From Octopus sinensis (Eukaryota): 17,037 bases of DNA. Both the position numbers and the translations under genes were made by a program. Below, piece after piece: positions 8,860 through 17,037 of this stretch. The DNA is taken from the NCBI RefSeq assembly GCF_006345805.1, contig NW_021824979.1, forward strand, positions 1 to 17,037, read 5' to 3'. The notes beneath the pieces were generated by a model. It was not told where the DNA came from, ran no database searches, and saw only the letters and a list, made by a program, of their open reading frames with translations. How positions within the stretch are numbered: position 1 is the first letter of the stretch; every line of letters begins with the position of its first letter.

Positions 8860-9735
8860 AGGTGCGATGGGTAATTGTCACTATTTTATATTTTTTATTT
8901 CATGCATGCACATTGTTTACTTTTGATTTTTTCGACTACAAAGTATAGTAGGGTTAGTTGGGCACCGTCTATGAGAAAAACAGCACCATGATGCAATTCA
9001 CTCTGCCAGAAATGTGGAAATAACATGCTGTACTGCTTGGCATTTACCCCGGAAGCTCTAAAACGAACATTTCAGAGTGTTTGGGTGTCAATCTGAGGAC
9101 AGTGCAATCTGAAGACATGTACCGAGAGTAATCAAAATGAAACATCCAATCAACATCATGGTGTTTCGAGTGGTCACTAGTGATGGTGACGTTATGCCTC
9201 CATTCATCTTTCCACGCGGCCTCACACACAACACGGAGGCGTACATCAAGTGCCTGGAAGAGATAGTGCTCTCTTGGGTCAAGAGGGTTGCTGTTGGAAG
9301 ACCCTATATCTTGCAACGAGACTCTTCACCATGTCATACAAGCAGTCATGGTTGTCAGACAATTTCTGCGACCACATCACTCCTAACATCTGGCTACCTA
9401 ACTCCCCACACTGCAACCCCCTTGATTATTATGTGTGGAGCACAGTTGAATGAGAGACAAAAAAAATTCCTTGTAACACCAAAGATGAACTGAAAGCAAG
9501 GATTATGGCAGCCTTGACCAATTTAAGCAAGAAGACCATCCAGAAGAGTTGCAGGAGATTCTGAAGTCGTCTGGAGACCATGGTTGAGGCCAATGGTGAT
9601 TTTATTGAATAAATTTACTCTTTAGTATTTCAAAATATTTTAATGTAATTTTGCTAAATATTTCTTTTATAATAGGATGCCATTGTTATTTTTCTTCTTG
9701 TGTAATTTAGGCGACAATTCATTCACTGCACTCTG
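8858..9735 (+). mobile_element. Internally deleted Tc1/mariner DNA transposon, maT (DD37D)-like
   Basis: Degenerate ~28-bp TIRs (CAAGGTGCGATGGGTAATTGTCAC vs reverse complement CAGAGTGCAGTGAATGAATTGTCGC), TA on both flanks (8856-57, 9736-37), transposase remnant inside. Confidence 0.85.
9137..9610 (+). pseudogene. C-terminal part of a DDD transposase, frameshifted, with stops
   Basis: VVTSDGDVMPPFIF, LQRDSSPCHTS, WLPNSPHCNPLDYYVWSTVE, ELKARIMAA...MVEANGDFIE. HTH region and first catalytic D are absent. Confidence 0.88.
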
Positions 9736-9951
9736 TATATATATATGTATATATATATGTATATATTTATGTATGTATGTATGTATGTATGTATGTATGT
9801 ATGTATGTATGTATGTATGTATGTATGTATGTATGTATGCATGCATAGGTATGTATGTATGTATGTATGTATGTATGCATGTATGTATGTATGTATGTGT
9901 GCATGTATGTATGTATGTATGTATGTATTTATGTATGATATATATATATAC
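9736..9951. repeat. (TA)n/(TATG)n microsatellite
   Basis: Direct reading. Confidence 0.97.
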
Positions 9952-10072
9952 ACGATGGGCTTTCAGTTTCTGTCCGTCAGATCCACACACAAGGATTTTG
10001 CCAGTCTGGGGCAATAGTAGAAGATATTTATTCAAGGTGCCACGCAGTGACATGTGTTTATACTAAGTATCA

Positions 10073-10175
10073 GGTGTGTGTGTGTGTGTTTGTGTGTGTG
10101 TGTATGTGTGTATTCGTGTGTGTGTACATGTGTGTGTGTACATGTGTGTGTGTCATGTGTGCATGTGTGGGCACA
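10073..10175. repeat. Imperfect (TG)n
   Basis: Direct reading. Confidence 0.93.
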
Positions 10176-10330
10176 TGCACGAAGTTCTGTATGCAGTCAA
10201 ACAATTAATATTAAACACAATTAATAAGATAACACAACCCTTTGCCACTTTATTCAGATGAAGTTTGTCACTTTTACACTAATCTTCTACAAATATTGAA
10301 CACCCAAACTGAAACAGTTTATTATCTCAA

Positions 10331-10331
<1 letters not shown>

Positions 10332-10377
<46 letters not shown>

Positions 10378-10718
10378 TTCTTTCTTTCTTCCTCCCCCCC
10401 CCTCTCTCTCTTTGTCTGTTTCTCTATTTATCTCTCCCACCCTCCATCTCTTTCTCTCCCACCTCATTTACGTCTTCAAGATTCCTGCCTTGACTACCAT
10501 ATTAATTAGATCTTATCTGTCTGGCCCCTCTGTCTCCCTGTCTGACCCCCTTTCTAGCAAAAAATTATATCACTTTGTCTCCTTATCTATCTGTCTATAT
10601 ATCTCTCTCAATATTTATCTATCTATCTATCATTCTATCCATTTATCCACCTATTTCTCTATCACTTTGTCTATCTGCTTATCAGTCAGTACATCTCCAT
10701 CCCAATCTATCCACCCCC

Positions 10719-10797
<79 letters not shown>

Positions 10798-10800
10798 CTG
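10332..10800. repeat. Pyrimidine-rich low-complexity tract with (CT)n runs at ~10334-10410 and ~10715-10790
   Basis: Direct reading. Confidence 0.92.
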
Positions 10801-10911
10801 TCTCTCCACCTATCTATCGAGCCATCCCTCTGCATCGCTCTCTATCCGTCTGCCTGGTCATTTATCTAAATAACTGTCAATTTGTTTTTCTCCCGAGCTA
10901 TTCACCTATCT

Positions 10912-11228
10912 CAGGGGTCCTCAACTGGGGTCCATATGGCTCCCGAGGGTCCATATAAGCTTTTAGCGGGCTCACGCAATAAAATAGTCAATTGGGGGTC
11001 CACAATAACATTTCAAGGGCCCCTGAAAAAAACTTACTTTGGATGTATGCATTAGTAGATATTGCAAGAAACGGCTTGGTTTCTCTCTCTGGTGTTTTAT
11101 ATCATTCAAACTGCCCAAGATAATGAGTGAAAAGTAGTTTTAAACATTGAATGGTTATAAGGGTCCACCAGAATAAAATAGTAATCAAAGGGGTCCATAG
11201 ATAAAAGAAAAATGGCTGAGAGCCCCTG
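10912..11228. mobile_element. hAT-type MITE, 317 bp
   Basis: TIRs CAGGGGTCCTCAAC and reverse complement CAGGGGCTCTCAGC (11/14). 8-bp flanks ACCTATCT and GGCTATCT (6/8). Five internal GGGTCCA motifs. Confidence 0.75.
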
Positions 11229-11230
11229 GG

Positions 11231-11347
11231 CTATCTGTTTACCTATCCATTCATCCATTTGTCTATCTATCTACCTATCTATCATCCATCTATCTATCTA
11301 CCTATATATCTATCCATCTATCCATCTATCTACCTATATATCTATCC

Positions 11348-11398
<51 letters not shown>

Positions 11399-11520
11399 CA
11401 TCTATCTATCTATCCATCTATCTATCTATCTATCCATCTATCTATTCATTTATCTATCTATCTATCTGTCTCTCTGTTTACCTACCTATCAATCTGTCTG
11501 TGTGTCGGTTAATCTATTTA
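11231..11520. repeat. (TATC)n/(CATC) microsatellite
   Basis: Direct reading. Confidence 0.95.
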
Positions 11521-12311
11521 TCATTCCTCCATGCGTCTACGTGCCAGAGTATCCATTTTATCTATAGGCATGTGTGTCGGAGCGTGTGATGTAATTGTGA
11601 GTAAAAATGTCCAAGTATCTCCATATATCAGACATGTCATCTTGGTAGGCAGGAAGGTAAGCAGTATCAACCATGACTAAAACTATTGATATTAATTATT
11701 CAATATATCAATTATATTATTTCTCATTCATTGTGAAAACATTGATTTACCACAAGGAATTAAATCATCCTGTAATTGGCTATGAATTTTTTTCTCTCTT
11801 CTGTCAACCTTTCACCTGTGTATATATCACACTTAAAGCAATTCAAATTAAAACCATGTCAGGTGAGTGACGCACTCACACACACACACACACATATACA
11901 CAAGTATTCAGATAAAGGATGCGCTCTAAACAATGCTAGACATCTGTTATTTCCATCTAAAGCTGCATCGTATGCTGAAAGATACTTTAAGCATGTCAGC
12001 AATAATCCTTCACGGACCCAAAGACTTTACCTGTTTCTATATCCTTATTTTTCTTATCTATCATACAGTTGTCAACGGGGCCGGTTTAAGACCCATAGAG
12101 ACCCCCAACGCACTCAAAAGATCCTGCTGCCCCCATATGCATGTAATTCAAGATATAATCAAATATAAACCATAAAAAGTTCTTTTATTGTTCAAAATGA
12201 AGCAAAATAGTAAAATGGAAAATAATGTCTATTTCGGAATACTTCGTCTTTATTTATATTTGTGTCAGAGAGGTCGCGGTGCTGAGGGTAGATTGAAATA
12301 TATCCTTATAT

Positions 12312-12698
12312 GTGGAAGCACTCCGTCGGTTACGATGACGAGGGTTCCGGTTGATCCGAATCAACGGAACAGCCTGCTCGTGTAATTAAAGTGTAAGTGG
12401 CTGAGCACTCCACAGACACGTGTACCCTTAACGTAGTTCTCGGGGATCTTCAGCGTGACACAGAGAGTGACAAGGCCGGCCCTTTGAAATACAGGTACAA
12501 CAGAAACAGGAAGTAAAAGTGAGAGAAATTTGTGGTGAAAGAATACAGCAGGGATCACCACCATCCCCTGCCAGAGCCTCGTGGAGCTTTTAGGTGTTTT
12601 CGCTCAATAAACACTCACAACGCCCGGTCTGGGAATCGAAACCGCGATCCTATGACTGCGAGTCCGCTGCCCTAACCACTGGGCCATTGCGCCTCCAC
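12312..12698 (-). mobile_element. Full-length tRNA-derived SINE (~387 bp) with 11-bp target-site duplication
   Basis: A box TGGCCCAGTGG (12676-12686), B box GGTTTCGATTCC (12632-12643), tRNA-like head with TCG in the anticodon position. TSD TATCCTTATAT at 12301-12311 and 12699-12709. Resembles octopus tRNA-Arg-derived OR-type SINEs (recall). Confidence 0.92.
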
Positions 12699-12797
12699 TA
12701 TCCTTATATACGATACGTAACAAATACAAATATGCTACGTAAGTTTCACATAAACCAAGTGTAGGAATTTTTTCAGCAAAACTAAAGCCCTCAAATT

Positions 12798-13110
12798 TTT
12801 ATTCATCGGACATCTTTCGGTATGGCTCCTCGTGCGCATCTTGAACCATCAGTCTCGTTTGTGTGAATGCAAGGAGTAATAAAATTATGCATAACAGGAA
12901 AGTTAAAAGTGAATTCAATGATGCATGCGTGACATGCATGTGAAAAATATGATTTTGCCCACTTAATGCAATGTATAAGGTATTTTTCCCATGTACACAG
13001 TCAACACAGCATAGGCAGTCCTCGTTCAAAGATCTTCCATTTAATGTCATCATCAACGTTCTTCTCCTTCAGTTTCCATATGTAGTTGGTGAGCGTAGTT
13101 GTAATTTTCT
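12798..13110 (-). mobile_element. Decayed Penelope-like 3' end: GIY-YIG C-terminus, 3' UTR, hammerhead relic, AATAAA
   Basis: TLTNYIWKLKEKN...IKWKIFER, then C*LCTWEKYLI...HACH in another frame; then CTGATGG...CGAAAGATGTC...AATAAA. Confidence 0.65.
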
Positions 13111-13680
13111 TAACGTATCTGAAAAATTTAACAAAACTAAAATAACGTCGCATATGCAAACAGGTGTATATAATGCGGCAATAATTATGCACAGCCAATG
13201 AGCAAAAGTGCAAAAATATTGTTAACTTGCATGGAGCATGAGAATAACTTCAGGGTGTGAACGCAAAATGCATTTGTTGGAAGGAACGCCTAAGCATTAG
13301 TAAGTGCGAATGCTGTATTTGAGGCCTTATCCTGATTCATAAGTTAAGTTTAAGAATCTGAACAGACTGACCACTAAATCGGTGCAAACCTATTCCACCA
13401 TTATTCCATGCTTATAGGAGCGTTTTAGGGAGATTCCTAACACCAGGTCTTAAAATGAACCACATGAAAAGAAAATATATGCGGTCGGAAGACGTAGCAC
13501 ACGGGTGAATACTACAAGTGGAAAGCGATGAAATATAATCAGACTCCAGGAATTGCATTTCGAAAAGTGATGATGTAACTCTTCAATGTTGTAAAACAAA
13601 GAACTGTCAGTTAACGACTGTAAAACTTGGTGCATAAGAAAAGCGGACATTTCATTCTAATTGACCTGATATGTATGTAT

Positions 13681-13880
13681 GTCAGGTCGCTTTTGAGCGC
13701 TACTGGTAACATGTAACTCAGTATAACCTGCTGCATGGTCGGGTAGTCGGCGACTAAACTGACAACCCCATTAAGCTTGCTTGAAGAGGAGGGTGATTGT
13801 TGGACACCCTGCAGGACAAATAAGACCCGTCAAAGGGCGGAAGAGCTCATGAGCAACCAACGGTCATTCAACAATATGTG
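13681..13880 (+). mobile_element. Probable RTE-type LINE 5' UTR fragment
   Basis: GC-richer island; CACCCTGCAGGA...CCGTCAAAGGGCGGAAGAGCTC...GAGCAACCAACGG resembles RTE 5' UTRs from recall; contains an HDV-like fold. No ORF follows. Confidence 0.45.
13699..13762 (+). ncRNA. Candidate minimal HDV-like ribozyme (imperfect copy)
   Basis: P1 13699-13706/13740-13747 starting G.U; P2 TCAGT/ACTGA; P3 ACC/GGT around UGCUGCAU; GG at 13749-50; CUAA at 13754-57. Confidence 0.35.
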
Positions 13881-14499
13881 TACATGGGTATGTATACGAG
13901 GGGACGTGGAAATACCTGGGTTGGTATCCAGGCGCGCAGTTGGTCCATTTGCAGTCTGTTGTTGTCACAACATTCCTCTGGGAAAGGTAAACTCTGAGAG
14001 AAAACCTGCGACACTGACAATATTTGAAGATCTTCTTCCTTGCTAGTTTATGTTATCCATGTTCAGAAAGTAGGGATTGGATCTGTGCAAATCCTTTTCC
14101 CCTACAATAAATAATCATGCATAGAGGCATCGCTTGAAAAAAAGGACGACCTATCACAAAAATGGCTGGTTGTAGCCTTCGCATGCGTGGGACTTTAGAT
14201 CAGGCTATGGCAATACTCCAACACGAGTTTGCAGCCAACATGTACGTATGTATAAGAGAATAAAAGAATAAAAGAATATATAGATTGTTTGAAGTGGTTT
14301 ACAGATTTCATATATTAAGAAAAAAAAAACAGGTTGTCAGGATTTTTGATAAAAATTATTTATTTCGCACTTTCATCTCTTTTGAGAGATTTATCATGAA
14401 CGAAACATGAATGAATCGTGATGAATCTCTGAAAAAAAATGAAAGCGCGTAATAAATCATTTTTAACCCGAATCAAATCCTGACTACTCCCGTTTTCTT

Positions 14500-14816
<317 letters not shown>

Positions 14817-14863
14817 GGAGTGATATTGGACCAGTGCGTGTATTTATTGTTATTGGCGTAATA

Positions 14864-15072
14864 AAGGCGGTGAGCTGGCAAAATCGTTTGCACGCTGGAC
14901 GAAATGTTTAGCGGTATTTCACCAATCGCTACGTTCTTAGTTCAAATTACGCCGAGGGCGACTTTGCCTTTCATCCTTTCGGACTCGATAAATTAAGTAC
15001 CAGTTGCGTACTGAGGTTGACTGACACCCTCCCCCAAAATTTCGGGACTTATGCCTAGAGTAGAAAAGAATA
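14864..15072 (+). mobile_element. Diverged tRNA-derived SINE with Nin/Deu-like central domain
   Basis: A-box-like TGGCAAAATCG (14876-14886), B-box-like GTTCAAATT (14940-14948), central GACTTTGCCTTTCATCCTTTCGGACTCGATAAATTAAGTACCAG, A/T-rich end. Confidence 0.8.
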
Positions 15073-15088
15073 TATCTTGTATTGTGTT

Positions 15089-15288
15089 TGTCGACCGGTT
15101 TCGATTTCGCTATTCATGACATTAAAATTTATTTAAATACATATTTTCTGAAGTAATTCTTTGGTCCATGTTGTGTGAAATTCATGAGTGAATGATTCAA
15201 TAAGTAGAAAACTCTAAGGGGAGGTAATTGCTTATCGTTATTATTGAAGGAAGGGAAGATAATTGTTCAGCTTCGGTAGGGGGTAGAA

Positions 15289-15351
<63 letters not shown>

Positions 15352-16072
15352 AAGAACAATTCAAAAACTAGATTAGTGGGGAGTGTACAGTGATTGGTAT
15401 GTAATCGTGAATTAAAATATGTAAAGAGATCAAAGTGGTTATGCGCGCATGTTTAGACGTGTTCTGTATTTTTCGATGAAAAAAATTTCTTTATTTAAAC
15501 ATTCTTGTAAAGAAATTGTATCTTTGCTCTGGTAGAAGGGGAAAATTGTGAAATTTGGTTTAATGTTACCTGCACATTTCTCTCTGTGTTCACTTAAAAG
15601 AATGTATCTGTATTGCGGGAACCGAGTCTACTCTTTATGTAGAGTGGTTGTCCGTCTCAATGTCATACTCGTCTGTCATATATAGTGATGTCTAAAGTGG
15701 AGATATTGTTTCGAGTCCGTCGGTTTATGACAGATGTCAGTTATAATTTGGTTGTTGACATTTTTTATCATAAAATCCAAAAATGGGAGCTGTTCTTTGC
15801 TATATTCCATTGAGAATTGAATGTTACTATTTATATCAGTTAGTGTTGATTTGAAGTCCAAACGTTTGTCAATGGTCTCCTTCCGAATGATAAAACAGTC
15901 ATCCAAGTATCTTTTCCAGCTTTCTCTTATGTAATGGTGAAATGGATAACGATTTTTTGAAGTGGCACGTCATATATGGTGAATTCAAAGTAACCCATTG
16001 TCAGGTTCGCAAGAACAGGAGCTGCTTTCGTTCCCATCGCTATTCCGCATTTTTTACGATAGCTTGTGTCAT
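15089..16072 (-). mobile_element. Penelope-like element copy B: RT C-terminal half, internal deletion, GIY-YIG C-terminus, 3' UTR interrupted by (TA)n, terminal hammerhead relic
   Basis: KCGIAMGTKAAPVLANL, WKRYLDDCFII, FLD, HKPTDSKQYLHF, then in frame YI*QTSMTLRR...SEH..KC...FTIFPFYQ...NKEIFFIEKY..RLN (stop 15439-15441). Confidence 0.85.
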
Positions 16073-16180
16073 TTGATGGACATATAGCGGTACATAAGCT
16101 ATATGTCCAAGAAATCTCTAGTGAGACTTTTTATTGATGTACCTGAAGGAACCAAGAACGGGTTGAAACGTGTGCTGTAC

Positions 16181-16218
<38 letters not shown>

Positions 16219-16263
16219 AATCATGTGATCGACCAGACTATCGGATGTTGTTATACATCGCTG

Positions 16264-17037
16264 GTCATCCAGGTATCTTTTCCAGCTTTCTCTTATGCAA
16301 TGCTGAAATGGATAACGATATTTTTGAAGTGGCATGCCATATATGGTGAATTCAAAATAACCCACTGTCAGGTTCGCAAGAACAGGAGCTGCTTTCGTTC
16401 CCATCGCAATTCCGCATTTTTGACGATAGTATGCGTCATGAAATAGGAAATAATTGTTCTGAAGTATACATTTTAAATATTCGATAATAAAGATCTGATT
16501 TATGCGTCCCGGGAGGACTTCGGAGTACTTTTCCAACCAGAATTTGATTGCTTTTATTCCATAGTCATGTGGGATGTTGGTGTAAAGATTGATAAGATCG
16601 AAGGAAACCAATAATGCTTCTTCCTTAATTGCTTTTGGTAGGTGTTCTTGCATGTCTAAATCGTCTCTAATGAAACTTTTGATGTATTTCAGCAAGGGTT
16701 TCGGTAGGATGTCTAGAAAATTGCTTAGGCGGTGAATTTCACAGGCTGGGCCAGCTATAATGGGCCTTAAAGTTAAGTCCTTACCTGATGATTGTTTGCA
16801 GGCTTCCTTAATTATGTTGCTCTTGTGTATTTTAAGTAGGCCGTAAAAAAGACAAGGTTTACATTTGAAGTTCATGATGTAGTCTGTTTCTTTTTCTGTC
16901 AGGCTTTTTCCATGTAGAAGAATTAAGGATGCAAGATTTTTCATTGCTTTTCGTTTTTTATAGTTTACAAATTTTTCGTAGAAGGCATCATTTTTCAGTA
17001 CGGATAATACTTGGCTTTTATAGTATGTGTCCATCTG
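16264..17037 (-). pseudogene. Penelope-like reverse transcriptase copy A, open to YLDD then truncated; continues off the window
   Basis: LFYGLLKIHK, RPIIAGP, SFDLINLYTNIP, GIAMGTKAAPVLANL, WKRYLDD. Homology stops immediately after YLDD; the ORF tail (QRCITT...) is unrelated filler. Confidence 0.93.

Noticed and set aside
10715-10790. H-DNA-capable (CT)n mirror repeat
   Set aside because: Real but ordinary in this microsatellite-rich genome; no associated feature.
8487-11589. YI/HT/VCM/SL/LSIY repeat ORFs, and similar ones at 93-398, 2716-3128 and 14360-14722
   Set aside because: Stop-free frames of di- and tetranucleotide repeats; no domain content.
12069-12142. Possible 74-nt host exon (AG...GT flanks)
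   Set aside because: No recognisable protein motif or partner exons; such splice words are common. Needs RNA-seq.
12625-12698. tRNA-Arg gene
   Set aside because: Acceptor and anticodon stems are imperfect, and the head continues into a SINE body bounded by a TSD.
13663-13688. 10-bp hairpin GACCTGATAT/ATGTCAGGTC at the RTE-like fragment border
   Set aside because: Short; likely a small insertion-associated inversion with no independent support.
13895-13920. TACGAGGG mariner-like TIR start
   Set aside because: No matching inverted end or transposase found downstream.
16213-17034. 273-aa ORF as an intact or domesticated gene
   Set aside because: Active site region is truncated at YLDD and conserved residues are altered (YGLLKIHK, DILPKP); it is a transposon fragment.

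Overview
AT-rich, microsatellite-dense eukaryotic non-genic or intronic DNA made almost entirely of transposon debris. The SINE types and repeat landscape look like octopus (coleoid cephalopod); this is inference from recalled families, not a database result. No host-gene exon, rRNA, true tRNA or CRISPR array is supported. Contents: a 5'-truncated, frameshifted CR1-group LINE (1218-2885, +); a 5'-truncated R4/Dong-type RLE LINE (3193-5794, -) embedded in (AAT/GAT)n; a ~555-bp non-coding element in the same microsatellite (6348-6902); an internally deleted Tc1/mariner (maT-like) element (8858-9735); a hAT-type MITE (10912-11228); two tRNA-derived SINEs; an RTE-like 5' UTR fragment; and several Penelope-like element (PLE) pieces, including two overlapping RT copies at the right end. 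The most interesting signals are RNA-level: a hammerhead whose three blocks occur in a non-circular order (855-916), an HDV-like fold (13699-13762), decayed minimal hammerheads at PLE ends, and three long hairpins. All alignments and folds were done by eye and none has been computed.
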